A stretch of 64,000 nt of DNA from an uncultured Planctomycetia bacterium (GCA_903929765.1 CAIYVX010000104.1:2405-66404); one strand, 5' to 3'. Positions 8,680 to 18,935 are shown, counted from the first letter of the stretch. Made by a program: numbers and translations. Notes: a model not told the origin generated them from the letters alone.

Positions 8680-10158
8680 CTAGAGCCTCGCTGGGGTCGC
8701 CGACGAGGCCGCCGGGGCCGCCGGTGCGGCCAGTGCGGCAGCCCGCTGGTGGAGCTCCGCGAGCAATCGCCCATCGTTCGAGTAGTCCGCGGGTTGAATG
8801 TGCAGGAAGGCCCGGGCCAGCGACCGGTGGCTGAGAATGCGCAGGATTTGCCCTGGCCGCAGGTAGAACTTCATGATCGCCCGCCGCTGCCACTTTTCCA
8901 GGTCGTGCGGGCTGAGCGTGGGCGTGCGCAGCACCGGAGCCTTTTGCTTGAAAATGGCCGGATTATTGCACAACTGTGATGGATCAAAATTAGTAATCAA
9001 ACCCTCGGCCACAGCCTTCTCGAAGAGTTCCGTGCGGGGGAACGGCGTGGTGATGGTGAAGATGGCGAAGTCGGTGTTCAGGCGGCGCGAAAAATCGATG
9101 GTCTGCTGGATGGTCTCGGCCGAGTCGGCGTAGTTGCCGATCATGAAGAAGGCCAGCGTGCGCAGGCCGGCCTTCTGGACCGTGTCGAAGGCCGTCAGGG
9201 CCCGGTCGAGGTCGAGGTTCTTGCGCAGCACCTTCTGAATTTTCGGACTGCCGCTCTCGACGCCCATGCCCAGGTGCCAGCAGCCGGCGTCGTGCATGGT
9301 CCGGGCAATGTCGGGGTCGATCGAGTTGGCGTGCGACAAGGCCATCCAGGACAGGTCGATCTTTTCCCGGTGAATAAGGTCGCAGAATTTGAAGACCCGC
9401 TCCTTGGAGGCCGTGAAGTTGTCCTCGCGGAAGAGGATTTCGCGGGCCCCGTAGTCGCGCATCAGCAGCTTGACTTCCTCGATCATCCGCTCGGCGGAGT
9501 TGACGCGGTAGGTGTGGCCGAAGATGTCGTGCGCGCAGAAAATGCAGCGGAACGGGCAGCCGCGGCTGGAGATCATGACCTGCACCGGCCGCCGGCGATA
9601 GACGCGACCGTAGTTGCGGTAGAGCGACATCGGCAGCAGGTGGCGGGCCGGCATCGGCAGATCGTCGAGGTTCTGGGCCAGGGCCCGGTCAGGATTGTGG
9701 ACCAGTTTACCGTCGAGTTTGTAGGACAGCCCGTCGATGGCGAATTGGCCGCGCCGGCCGCCGAGATATTCGCGGCAGAACTCCGAGAAGCTCAGTTCGG
9801 CCTCGCCGCGAACGACGAAATCGACGAACGGCAGGGCCAGCACCCCTTCGGGATCAAGCGTCGGATGGGGACCGCCCAGGACCATGGCCGACTCTGGCCG
9901 CGCCGCCTTGATGATAGCCGCGAAGTCCTCCACCACGACCAGATCGGGCGTCGTGGCCCCCAGGCCGATGATCTGCGGGTTGATTTCCCTGATCCGGTCA
10001 AGCGACTGATCGACGGAGAGTTTCTCCATGCCACAATCGACGATGGCCACGCGGACCCCGTCGCGCTCGAGTTGGGCCCCAAGATACAAAAGGCCCAGAG
10101 GCGGAGTGTTGCTATGGATGCCCGGCGGCACCAGAAGCAGAACGTCGGCTTTTGACAT
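8680..10158 (-). CDS. cobalamin-binding radical SAM protein
   Basis: PPLGLLYL..GGPHPT..RGEAE followed by SSRGCPFRCIFC; start refined to MSKADV. Confidence 0.9.
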   Translation of the reverse strand: MSKADVLLLVPPGIHSNTPPLGLLYLGAQLERDGVRVAIVDCGMEKLSVDQSLDRIREINPQIIGLGATTPDLVVVEDFAAIIKAARPESAMVLGGPHPTLDPEGVLALPFVDFVVRGEAELSFSEFCREYLGGRRGQFAIDGLSYKLDGKLVHNPDRALAQNLDDLPMPARHLLPMSLYRNYGRVYRRRPVQVMISSRGCPFRCIFCAHDIFGHTYRVNSAERMIEEVKLLMRDYGAREILFREDNFTASKERVFKFCDLIHREKIDLSWMALSHANSIDPDIARTMHDAGCWHLGMGVESGSPKIQKVLRKNLDLDRALTAFDTVQKAGLRTLAFFMIGNYADSAETIQQTIDFSRRLNTDFAIFTITTPFPRTELFEKAVAEGLITNFDPSQLCNNPAIFKQKAPVLRTPTLSPHDLEKWQRRAIMKFYLRPGQILRILSHRSLARAFLHIQPADYSNDGRLLAELHQRAAALAAPAAPAASSATPARL

Positions 10159-10392
10159 GACGGCGACTGAGCCTCCTGCGCCGCGGAATATCCGCACTTC
10201 GCACGGCGCTTAGAATAACCCGCCGGGACTGTGAACTCAAGATAAATTCCCGGTCTTGGGCGGGGTCTGATGCACGTCAGATTTGTAGGCAGTGGTCGGG
10301 CGGCCAAGGGCTGGTTGGCCCAGAGCCGCGACCATTGGCCATTGAGCCAGGCGACAGGTACCTACCCCTAACCAGACCAACGCTGACTTTGA

Positions 10393-11814
10393 TCAGGCCC
10401 GGAAGACTCTGGCCTCAATGTTCAGGATGTCCGCCAGGCGGAGCAGTTCGTTCTCCCAGTCGCCGTAGCAACCGTGAATGTGGTTGCAGGGAAAATTCGT
10501 CAGGAAGTATCCGCTCGGGCACTCCAGCCGGGTGAAGGCGATGGGCCACTCGGGGGTGACGGTCGAGCCCTTCTGGAGCATCTTCTTCTGCGGGAACTGG
10601 ACGATCTCGCCGGGCACGATAGCCAGGTGGTAGCGGCCGCCCTTGCGGGCCAGCCGGGCCAGGGTGACCCGGCCCGGGGCGGCGAAGTGGTGCACCGAGG
10701 CGCCACCGGCCGGGTAGTACGAGGCCTCGGGATAGAAGGTGACGTGCTTCAGGTTCTCCGCCGGATCCTTCGACCGCCCGGCGAAGAAGGTGGCGTGAGT
10801 GCCCGAATTGGAGAAGTACCAGGCATCGTCCTCGGCGTCGTAGTGTCGGACGTCGCTGAACAGGACCGGCTCGCCGGTGATGAGCTTGAAGAACTGCATG
10901 GTCAAGGCCCCGTCCATGTCGGCCTCGGTCGAGGCGACGATGGTCTCGTGCGGACCGTCCCAGTCATAAGGATCGTTGAGGAAGGCCTCGGCCACGTCAA
11001 CGGTCACGAAGGTGTCGGTCAGGTCGCCGTGGGCCTTGGTGCCGACGAAGTCCAGGCGGCGCTCGTCGATAATCTGCCGGTAGGCGTAATAAGAGCGAAC
11101 CTGGAGGGCCAGTTTCTCGGGCGTCAGTCCGGCGCCGTCGTACTTGATCTGGCCGACGTGCTTTTCGAGCCAGGCCAGGCCGGCCGCGACTTTCTTCGCG
11201 TCCGCTTTGGCGGCATAGCGCACCACGTCCTCCTGCTCGATGTGCTCGACGTCGAGACCGAACATGGTGTTCCACTGGTCGAGGTTGGACACGGCGGTGT
11301 ACATGCCGAGGGGCCGGCCGCCGAAGAGTCCGAAGGTCTGGCCGCGAAGTTTTGAGACCGCCCCGGCGGCGCGGATGAAGGTCATGACCTGGGCCAGGAC
11401 GGCGGAGTCGCGGATATCGCCCCAGACGCGGGCATACTTTTTGCCCAACTGATCCATGGTGCCGGCGGCGGCCAGCATGCCGACCATGCCCGGCTCTCCG
11501 GGGTTGAGGTTGCAGAACAGGAGGAACGGCCCCGGGGCGAAGTTCACGGCCATAGCCGACAGGTGCGGGTAGCACCAGATGGCGTAGTTGAGAATGGTCA
11601 GGTCGACGTGGGCCGCGGCCAGGCGACGGGCTTCCTGCTGGGCCACCTGGCTGTTCCAGATGATTTCCTGTCCGGCCACGACCTCGATTTCGCCCGTGGC
11701 TTCCAGGGCCTGGCGCAGGCCCTCCTGGTAGCGGCGATTCAGCGGCAGCAGGTTCTGGTGGATGTACGGCCGCCCGTCGCTGAAGGTAAGGATTCCGACA
11801 CGGGTCTTCCGCAT
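10393..11814 (-). CDS. L-fucose/D-arabinose isomerase family protein
   Basis: WCYP, GMYTA, AEAFLNDPYDWDGPH, TEADMDGALTMQ, DVRHYD, NSG, NHIHG motifs of the FucI family. Confidence 0.85.
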   Translation of the reverse strand: MRKTRVGILTFSDGRPYIHQNLLPLNRRYQEGLRQALEATGEIEVVAGQEIIWNSQVAQQEARRLAAAHVDLTILNYAIWCYPHLSAMAVNFAPGPFLLFCNLNPGEPGMVGMLAAAGTMDQLGKKYARVWGDIRDSAVLAQVMTFIRAAGAVSKLRGQTFGLFGGRPLGMYTAVSNLDQWNTMFGLDVEHIEQEDVVRYAAKADAKKVAAGLAWLEKHVGQIKYDGAGLTPEKLALQVRSYYAYRQIIDERRLDFVGTKAHGDLTDTFVTVDVAEAFLNDPYDWDGPHETIVASTEADMDGALTMQFFKLITGEPVLFSDVRHYDAEDDAWYFSNSGTHATFFAGRSKDPAENLKHVTFYPEASYYPAGGASVHHFAAPGRVTLARLARKGGRYHLAIVPGEIVQFPQKKMLQKGSTVTPEWPIAFTRLECPSGYFLTNFPCNHIHGCYGDWENELLRLADILNIEARVFRA

Positions 11815-11826
11815 GGTCTGCTCCTG

Positions 11827-14379
11827 TCAGGCATTGAGGGCCGAAACCGTCAGCCCGTCGGTTTCCGAGACCTCGATCGTCCGCTTCTCGCCGGCGTCGA
11901 GCCAGAACCAGTTGTCCGAGGCCTGGAAGGTGTCGGCCCGGCCGGGCCGCTCAACGTTCACGCCGACGGCCGGGCGGGTTCCGGTGTTGGTCACCGTGAC
12001 CTGGTTGCGACCGGCCCGCAACTGCAACGTGGTCCGTGGCAACTCGAACATCGAGCCGCGGCGCATCTCGTAGTTCAGGAAGTAGAAGGTGCGGAAGGCC
12101 GGCCGCCCGTCGACTTCGAGTTCCGTGACGAAGAAGAGCGGCACGGTCTCGGTTTCTTCAAAGGGCGCTTTCAGGAGGCCGAGCAACTTAACCCGGTCCA
12201 CCGAGCCCTGGCCGGTGAACTCCCAGTGACGGACCTCCTTGAGGTCGCCGCCGAACATCCGCACGCGAGCCGCCCAGTTCCGGCCGGCCAGGGCGTCGGT
12301 GTCGTCGATCAGGTGGGTCGCCCCGGTGATGAACGTGCCGAAGCTGTTCAGGGTCGAGAGGTCGAGATAGACGCCGAGCGGCGCAAAAGCGTCCTGGAGG
12401 AACCAGTGCGCGATCTTCGGCGCTCCGTACCAGTCGGCCGTGGCCCAGGAGGCGGCGGGGTAGTTGTCGTTCAGCTTGTAGAGGAGTGCCCCGGCGCAGT
12501 TCGGCCAGCGCCAGCGAGCCCGCTCCAGCGTGTGGCGGAGTACGACGACCTGGAGCAACTGCGACCCGGTGATGAACTGCTTCATGTCGGTCTTCGTGCG
12601 GTTGACGAAGTAGCCGGCCAGTTGGCTGAGGCGGTTGAAATCGTCGAGGGTGTTGAAGACCGGGGTGTGGTGGACGAAGGCCCCGTCGGGCTTCGGCGGC
12701 CACTGCTTCTTTTCGTCCTCGGGCAGGTAGCGCTGGACCGATTCCCAGACCGGCAGGCTGGCGGCCCCGAACTCGCCATAGAAGTCGGCGGTGCTGTTGA
12801 CGTGGCGATCCGGATGGTCGCGCCACCAGTAGGTCTGGTACTCATGGAGGCTGCCGCCGCAGGGTTCGCCGCGATGGAAGGGCCGCGTGCCGTCCAGTTC
12901 GATCGAGAGGCGGCCCATCATGTCGATGGCCGGGCCGAAGGGGTCGCCCGACTCATTGCCGCCGGTGGTGATGACCCACGACGGGCGGTTGCGCAACCGC
13001 AGCGTATTGAGGCGGACGGTCTCCTCCAGCACGTCATAGGGCTGGATTTTGTGACTGTTCCAGGCGGTCGGCCATTCCTGCATGACCATGAGGCCGAGGC
13101 GGTCGCAGAGGTCGTAGAACTCGTCGGTCTCGGGCATGCCGGAGCCCCAGGCCCGGACCATCATGCAGTGCTCCTGCGCGGCCAGCCGCAGAAACCGCTC
13201 GTAACGTTCGCGGCTGAAGTCCATCAGGGGATCCATGGTGCACCAGCCGGTGCCCTTGACGAACATCGGGCGGCCGTTGATGACGAAGGTCCAGTTGAAC
13301 TTGTCTGGTCGCGGCCCGCCGGGCAGCGGACGCATCTCGACCGTCCGCAGGCCGAAGGTGAACTCATGCACGTCGGCCGGGCCGCCGGCGTCGGGAATGA
13401 AGGCCAGCGTCAGGCGATACAGGTTCGGCTCGCCGTGGTCGAGCGGCCACCACGGCTGCGGGTCGGGGATAGCGAGCCACAGGTGGATGTGCCGCCCGCC
13501 AGCGACGCGGTGCTCGAAGCGGACACTGCGGCCCTTGAAGTTTTCGGGCACAAGGCGGCCGACCAGCCGTCCGGCGGCCTCGGCGTCCAGGTTGGCCAGG
13601 AGATCCACCAGGCCCTTGTGAGCGTCGCGCGTGACCACGAACGGGTGTTCGATTCGCACGGCCGGGCTGCTCGTGACCTTGACGCTCCGCCAGATGCCCA
13701 GGGCGGGCAGATTCGAGTAATGCCAGCCGAAGACGTTGTTGAAGACCGCCGTGTCCTGCCAGCCGATGTTCATATTCGTGAAGAAGTTGGACTCGGCGCA
13801 GACCCGCAGCGGCGCCGGGTCGATCTTGACCACGACCGCGTTCTCCGCGGCCAGTGCGGCGGTGATGTCGAAGCGCGGGCCGCCGAACATGCCTTCGTGC
13901 TCGCCCAGACGCCGGCCGTTGAGCCACACGGTGCAGTGCACCGCTACGCCGCCGAAGTCCAGGTGAAAGGGGCCCCGGCCCTTGGGCCGCTTGAATGTGC
14001 GGCGCATCCAGTAGGTCTTGAAGCAGGTGGGCAGGACCTCGACCTGATTTTTTCCGAAGGTCTGGTCGGGAATGCGTCCGGCCCGCTGGAGGGCCGTGTG
14101 CACGCTGCCCGGCACCGCGGCCGGGATGGCGTCCTTCCAGGCGGCCTTTCGCAGCCGCGCCGCCTCGTCGCCCCCCTCGGCCAATTCCCAATCGCCATCG
14201 AGGCCGAGGACCGGCGCCCCGGACGGCAGTTTGACCGTCCCCGGCTTCAAGGCCACCGCTTCGGCCGGCGTGTCAAACGGTCGCGGCCCGGCCCCGAAAC
14301 TCTCGTTGTCGATCTCGTCCATCGAGCGGTTCGGCACGATCTTCGCGGCCAGCAAACCCTTGCTCAGATTGTCACTCAT
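11827..14379 (-). CDS. glycoside hydrolase family 2 (beta-mannosidase-like)
   Basis: LNGRRLGEHEGMF, GIWRSV, FGLRTV, INGRPMFVKG, RAWGSG..E..FYDLCDRLGLMVMQEW, GNE and EFG catalytic motifs. Confidence 0.85.
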   Translation of the reverse strand: MSDNLSKGLLAAKIVPNRSMDEIDNESFGAGPRPFDTPAEAVALKPGTVKLPSGAPVLGLDGDWELAEGGDEAARLRKAAWKDAIPAAVPGSVHTALQRAGRIPDQTFGKNQVEVLPTCFKTYWMRRTFKRPKGRGPFHLDFGGVAVHCTVWLNGRRLGEHEGMFGGPRFDITAALAAENAVVVKIDPAPLRVCAESNFFTNMNIGWQDTAVFNNVFGWHYSNLPALGIWRSVKVTSSPAVRIEHPFVVTRDAHKGLVDLLANLDAEAAGRLVGRLVPENFKGRSVRFEHRVAGGRHIHLWLAIPDPQPWWPLDHGEPNLYRLTLAFIPDAGGPADVHEFTFGLRTVEMRPLPGGPRPDKFNWTFVINGRPMFVKGTGWCTMDPLMDFSRERYERFLRLAAQEHCMMVRAWGSGMPETDEFYDLCDRLGLMVMQEWPTAWNSHKIQPYDVLEETVRLNTLRLRNRPSWVITTGGNESGDPFGPAIDMMGRLSIELDGTRPFHRGEPCGGSLHEYQTYWWRDHPDRHVNSTADFYGEFGAASLPVWESVQRYLPEDEKKQWPPKPDGAFVHHTPVFNTLDDFNRLSQLAGYFVNRTKTDMKQFITGSQLLQVVVLRHTLERARWRWPNCAGALLYKLNDNYPAASWATADWYGAPKIAHWFLQDAFAPLGVYLDLSTLNSFGTFITGATHLIDDTDALAGRNWAARVRMFGGDLKEVRHWEFTGQGSVDRVKLLGLLKAPFEETETVPLFFVTELEVDGRPAFRTFYFLNYEMRRGSMFELPRTTLQLRAGRNQVTVTNTGTRPAVGVNVERPGRADTFQASDNWFWLDAGEKRTIEVSETDGLTVSALNA

Positions 14380-14454
14380 GGTCTCACCTTTCCGTTAGTT
14401 GGGTACGACGGTTCGTTCTTTATGCTATGAGCACGGCACGCACCGGGCTGGTCG

Positions 14455-16437
14455 TCAGGGAACCTCCCCGTTCGCCGGGCGCGGGCCGGTTCGCAGGCCC
14501 TCCGGCAGGTCGTGCCACGCCGGCGCGTGACTGTAGGCCCAGTAATGTGCCTCGCTCCAGCCCGGCGCGTCGCCCGAGGAGACGAACTCCAGGCGCACGC
14601 GAATCCTCGTCTTGCCCGCGGAGTACGACGGGGGAATCTCGAATTCGTCCTCGAGCCATCGACGGTAGGGATTATGGTCGGCCACGTACCAGGAGCGTTC
14701 GCCGACGAGTTGCCCATCGACGTAGACGCGAGCCCGTTGACGGCCACGCTCCTGGTTGCTGCGGCGGCGCAGTCGCACCCCCTGATTTCCGGGACTGACG
14801 TTCACGCTGAACTCGCTCGCCCCGCTCACGCAGCGGACATAGTCCTTCAGCCATTCGCCCGTAGTGCCGCTCTCATCGCGGGCCTCGAACCAGCCTGCCT
14901 CGAGCACACCCTCGGCGGTCACCTCGTGGGCCAGTTCTGAGTCGGCGTTGCCGATATCGACTTCATCGCTCAGCCCCATGCCCGGTTCGACCGTGCCGTA
15001 GTAGAAGACGAGGCCCGAGTGCCGCATCGGCCAGTTGTTCTGCTCGCCGGCCTCGATGCCGAAGCGCAGCTCCGTACGGAACGGGTACCAGTCGCCGGGG
15101 CAGAGGCGGGTCATCGAGAAACTGTAGTGCGGCGGCCCGCTGCCGTCATAGCCCGAGACGGGGTTCTGCGAGCCGGGCGAGACGAAGCCCCAGCCGTAGC
15201 AGGCCCAACTCTCGGAACCGTCGCTCTCGACCTGCGGCGTCGCCAGACCGTCCAGGTAGACCCGGACGTCGCCCTCGCACGACACGTAACGCTGCACATG
15301 CGGCAGGCCGGTCACCAGTCCGCCGACGACGTGCCCCTGGCCGCGGGCAGTGCCGATAGTCGTGTCCTGGCCCGGCACGACGGGGGTCGAGGGGTAGTAG
15401 GGCGTGGTCCGGAAGTAGCCGCAGCGTCCCGCCGGGTAGCGCATCGCCTCGACCGGCTTGTGAACCACGCGGGCGGCGATCTCGACCGCCTCTTCTCCGT
15501 CGTTGACAATTTCGATGCGGGCCGAGCGCCAGAACGGCATCGGCCAGTAACAGTAAAACCGTCCCTCGGGCGACAAGCCGTGGGAGAGATACCGCACGGG
15601 TCGATGGCCGAGTTCGTTGCCGAAGAAGGCGCCCAGCGGCGCCAGCACGGCCGGCGCCGACTCATCGTCCCAGATCATCCGCAACTGGAGCGTATGCAGA
15701 TGTCGCCGCTGAAAGTTCTTCACCTCAAGATGAATGGCCGCGACCGAGCCAGCTCCCCGAAGGTCGAGCAAGGCGACCGCCGCGCCCGGTTCGACGGTCG
15801 CCGCGGTGCGAACCTCGACGTTGCCGGCCGTCGGCTTGGGATCCTCGCCCACGCGGTTCCACATGTCCACGAGCGGCTTGTAGTCCTCGCGGCCGGTGAA
15901 CGTCTCGACGCCCTCGGCACAGGTGTAGTTGTGGTACATGATGTGGCCCCAGCCGCCCTCGCCCAGGCTGCGGTCGTTGCCCTGGAGCTTGACGGTGGAG
16001 GTCACGCGGCACGATCTGGCGAAGGGCATCGGGACGAAGCTGCGCACCACCCAGATCGGGCCGCGGCCTTGTGGCGGGTTATCGTCGCCCACGAAGATGG
16101 CGGCCAGCGGCTCGACCAACGGCGGCTTGCGGCCGAACTCCTTCGGCGTGATCTCGAAGCGCGGCTCGGACTCGCCGTCGAAGTAGAAGCGGAACGTCGG
16201 CTCGGGACTCACCGGGTAGCGGTGCTGCACGAAGTTGTAGATGCAGCCCGGCCCGTCGACGTCGAAGAGAACCCATTCGCCGCGCTCGTCCTGGTAGAGC
16301 CACCAGTCCCAGTCGGCGTTGCCGCCGCGTTTGTCGATGCTGCCTTCGTAATGCACCTGCACGCCGTCCTTGAGAAAGGGCAGCCGGTCGAAGGACAAGA
16401 GGTTGTCGATTCCGATATTCCGACTTATGGCAGACAT
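14455..16437 (-). CDS. DUF2961-domain protein (GH172-related glycosidase candidate)
   Basis: DVDGPGCI, FYFDGE..P, MPFARSC, LRMIWDDE..PAV.APLG.FFG, YWPMPFWRSARI, CEGDVRVYLDG motifs. Confidence 0.7.
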   Translation of the reverse strand: MSAISRNIGIDNLLSFDRLPFLKDGVQVHYEGSIDKRGGNADWDWWLYQDERGEWVLFDVDGPGCIYNFVQHRYPVSPEPTFRFYFDGESEPRFEITPKEFGRKPPLVEPLAAIFVGDDNPPQGRGPIWVVRSFVPMPFARSCRVTSTVKLQGNDRSLGEGGWGHIMYHNYTCAEGVETFTGREDYKPLVDMWNRVGEDPKPTAGNVEVRTAATVEPGAAVALLDLRGAGSVAAIHLEVKNFQRRHLHTLQLRMIWDDESAPAVLAPLGAFFGNELGHRPVRYLSHGLSPEGRFYCYWPMPFWRSARIEIVNDGEEAVEIAARVVHKPVEAMRYPAGRCGYFRTTPYYPSTPVVPGQDTTIGTARGQGHVVGGLVTGLPHVQRYVSCEGDVRVYLDGLATPQVESDGSESWACYGWGFVSPGSQNPVSGYDGSGPPHYSFSMTRLCPGDWYPFRTELRFGIEAGEQNNWPMRHSGLVFYYGTVEPGMGLSDEVDIGNADSELAHEVTAEGVLEAGWFEARDESGTTGEWLKDYVRCVSGASEFSVNVSPGNQGVRLRRRSNQERGRQRARVYVDGQLVGERSWYVADHNPYRRWLEDEFEIPPSYSAGKTRIRVRLEFVSSGDAPGWSEAHYWAYSHAPAWHDLPEGLRTGPRPANGEVP

Positions 16438-16517
16438 TTCTATCTTTCATCTATACCCAGTATGCCGGCCGCGCGGGCGATCCGGCCAATGTACAGCGCC
16501 GCCCAAGACCCCGGGCG

Positions 16518-17384
16518 TCAGACAGCGCCCAACTTCTCCTTAACGAAGGCACAGGCCCGGCGGGCTTCGCCGTCGAGGTCGAGTTCGCCCTTCAGGTCGC
16601 GATAGACGGCAATGTCGCGGCCCACCTGGCCGCCGGGCATGAGGAATGGTTCCATGACCACGTGGCCCTGATAACCGGTCTCGGCGAGGGTCGTGAAGAT
16701 TTCGTCCCAGGCCATTTTGCCGCGGCCCGGGGCCCGCCGGTTGGTCTCGCCCAGGTGCACGTGATCGAGCCACGGGCCGGCCGTGCGGATGGCTGCGGCG
16801 AAACTGTCCTCTTCGATGTTCATGTGGAACGAGTCGAGCAGAATGCGGCAATGGCTGCTGCCGACCCGGCTGACGTACTCGACGGCCTCGGCCGCAGTGT
16901 TGATGAGGAACTGTTCAAAACGGTTGACGACCTCCATGTTGAAGAAGACGCCGCAATCCTCGACCGTCCGGGCGACCTCCTTCATGCTCTCGACGCTGCG
17001 GTCGAGCCAGACCCGCTTGTCCTGGCCCGGCGGCAGACGGCCCGGCCACGAGCCGTAGATGATCCCGCCCAACTCGCGCGAGCCCAGGTCGGCGACCATC
17101 GCGGCTTGCCGCTTCAGGAATTCGATGCCGCGCCGGCGGACCTGGGCGTCGGGCGAGGCCACGTCAAACTCCGGCGAAAGGCCGATGCAGTAGGTCAACT
17201 CGACGCCGTGGCGGGCGGCCTCGGACCGCAACCGGTCGCGCGCGGCCGCCGGCAGGTTGGTCACCGTCCCGGAGTTGACCTCCAGCACGTCGAAGCCCAG
17301 CGACTTGACCTTGCCGACGAAGGGCACGAAGTCCGCGTCCCAGTCGTGCGTCCAGTAGGCGTAGTAGATGCCAACCTTATTCAT
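16518..17384 (-). CDS. D-psicose/D-tagatose 3-epimerase family ketose epimerase
   Basis: GIYYAYW...EVVNRFE...LDSFHMNIEE...HVHLGETNRRAPG...VMEPF: the DTE/DPE metal and catalytic residues (E, D, H, E). Confidence 0.9.
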   Translation of the reverse strand: MNKVGIYYAYWTHDWDADFVPFVGKVKSLGFDVLEVNSGTVTNLPAAARDRLRSEAARHGVELTYCIGLSPEFDVASPDAQVRRRGIEFLKRQAAMVADLGSRELGGIIYGSWPGRLPPGQDKRVWLDRSVESMKEVARTVEDCGVFFNMEVVNRFEQFLINTAAEAVEYVSRVGSSHCRILLDSFHMNIEEDSFAAAIRTAGPWLDHVHLGETNRRAPGRGKMAWDEIFTTLAETGYQGHVVMEPFLMPGGQVGRDIAVYRDLKGELDLDGEARRACAFVKEKLGAV

Positions 17385-17404
17385 CCGCTCGAACCTCCTC
17401 CTCG

Positions 17405-18346
17405 TCAGCGATCCGGTTGCAGCACGGCCAGGATGTTCTCGACCGCGCTGCTGATGGCCCGGTCCACACTTTCGGCAGTGTACCCGCCAATGTGGGGCGT
17501 GGCGATCACGTTCTGATGCCGCACCAGCGGATCATCGCGGGGCGGCTCGGTCTCGAAGACGTCCACGGCCGCGCCGGCCAGTCGCCCGTTGTCCAGGGCC
17601 TCGATTACGGCGGCGCTGTCCATGAGGCCGGCCCGCGCCGTGTTCACGAGTAGTGCCCCGGGCTTCATCTTGGCCAGCGCCGCGGCGTCGATCAGGGGCT
17701 GGCCATCGGCGGCGGCCGGACAGTGCAGGCTGATCACGTCTGCCGCCGCCAGCAGTTCGTCGAGGCGGCAATATTTCAGATCCCCGCAGCCGCCGTCGGT
17801 CGGACAGGGATCGTAGCCGATGACGCTCATGTCCAGGCCGCGGGCCATGCGGGCCACCAGCCGGCCGATTCGTCCGCAGCCGACCAGGCCCAGCACGCGA
17901 CCCTCCAGTTCGAAGCCCTGTCGCCGCTGCCATTGGCCGCTTTTGAGTTGCGCGTCGCTCCAGGCCACGTGGCGGGCCAGGGCCAGCATCAGGGCCAGGG
18001 CGAGTTCGGCCACGCCGCGGGCGTTGGCCCCGGGCGTGGGCAGCACCCGGAGGCCGAGCCGCGCTGCCGCGGCCAGATCGACGTTGTCGATGCCGACGCC
18101 GTTGCGGGCGATGACGCGTAGCGTCGGACTGGCCGCCTCGAGCACTTTGGCGCTGACCTTTTCCACGCCGGCCAGGTACCCCGCGCAGCCGGGCAGCCGC
18201 GCCAGGAGTTCGGCCTCGTCCGGTTGCACCCCCGGCGTCGCGAACACCACCTCGCAGCCGGTGGCGCCCAGGCGCTCGAGAGCCGGATGCCCGCTGCGCG
18301 TCACCGAACGCGGGGTGACCAGAATCTTGTTCAATTGGTTTGTCAT
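17405..18346 (-). CDS. D-isomer-specific 2-hydroxyacid dehydrogenase (SerA-like, no ACT domain)
   Basis: RNGVGIDNVD, GLVGCGRIG, NTARAG, DVFETEP, TPHIGGYT. Confidence 0.9.
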   Translation of the reverse strand: MTNQLNKILVTPRSVTRSGHPALERLGATGCEVVFATPGVQPDEAELLARLPGCAGYLAGVEKVSAKVLEAASPTLRVIARNGVGIDNVDLAAAARLGLRVLPTPGANARGVAELALALMLALARHVAWSDAQLKSGQWQRRQGFELEGRVLGLVGCGRIGRLVARMARGLDMSVIGYDPCPTDGGCGDLKYCRLDELLAAADVISLHCPAAADGQPLIDAAALAKMKPGALLVNTARAGLMDSAAVIEALDNGRLAGAAVDVFETEPPRDDPLVRHQNVIATPHIGGYTAESVDRAISSAVENILAVLQPDR

Positions 18347-18356
18347 ACGCAGCGTC

Positions 18357-18935
18357 CTATTCGATCACCGGTTGACCGTGTCGGCGGAAGACCCGTTGCG
18401 GAAAACCTTCCGTGGCGATGTCGCCGTAATTGTGGCCGGCCTCGGCCGGATAGACGCAGAAGCTGATCAGCGGCTCGCCTCCCGTGTTCACCGAGCGGTG
18501 GGCCCAGAAGGGCGGCACATAGACCATCTGGCCGCGAACCATCCGCTTGGCGTCCGCGCGGCCGTCGGCGGTCTTCATGACCATGTAGCCCTCGCCGCGC
18601 AGACAGAGGTAGATCTCGGCCGTCCCGGGGACCTCATGGTAATGACCTTTGGTCATCCAGTACTCGTCGCCGACCACGCCGGGCAGCAGCTTGCTTATGC
18701 AGTACATCAGGTGACCGGCCTGCTCGGGCACGGGCACCTCGAAGACCTCGTAGTGTAGCGGGTCGCCGGCGGCGACCAGTTGCTCCAGGGCCGCCTCGTC
18801 GGCGTAGTAGCCGCGCATGTCCGAGGCCCGCCGGCCCAGGTGGTTCTTGGCCCCCAACATCAGGCCTTCGTCCAGGCCGATGGTGACGGCAAACGGGTTC
18901 ATGATCTCCGACGACGCCGCGTCCTTCTTCTTCAT
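18357..18935 (-). CDS. cupin-type (archaeal-like) glucose-6-phosphate isomerase family protein
   Basis: PGVVGDEYWMTKGHYH...EIY...YVPPFWAHRSVNTG...AGHNY; GAGGAG RBS 6 nt before ATG 18935. Confidence 0.85.
   Translation of the reverse strand: MKKKDAASSEIMNPFAVTIGLDEGLMLGAKNHLGRRASDMRGYYADEAALEQLVAAGDPLHYEVFEVPVPEQAGHLMYCISKLLPGVVGDEYWMTKGHYHEVPGTAEIYLCLRGEGYMVMKTADGRADAKRMVRGQMVYVPPFWAHRSVNTGGEPLISFCVYPAEAGHNYGDIATEGFPQRVFRRHGQPVIE

Noticed and set aside
10200-10390. Cobalamin riboswitch upstream of the B12 radical SAM gene
   Set aside because: No B12-box or GGGAA core consensus recognisable; only short palindromes
11563-14430. 955-aa plus-strand ORF, and similar long ORFs at 13..1386, 1774..4050, 4889..6580, 15019..16605, 20049..21761, 24951..26729, 35266..36981 and 58685..60973
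   Set aside because: Antisense shadows of well-supported genes; stop-poor reverse frames are expected at this GC content and they show no recognisable motifs
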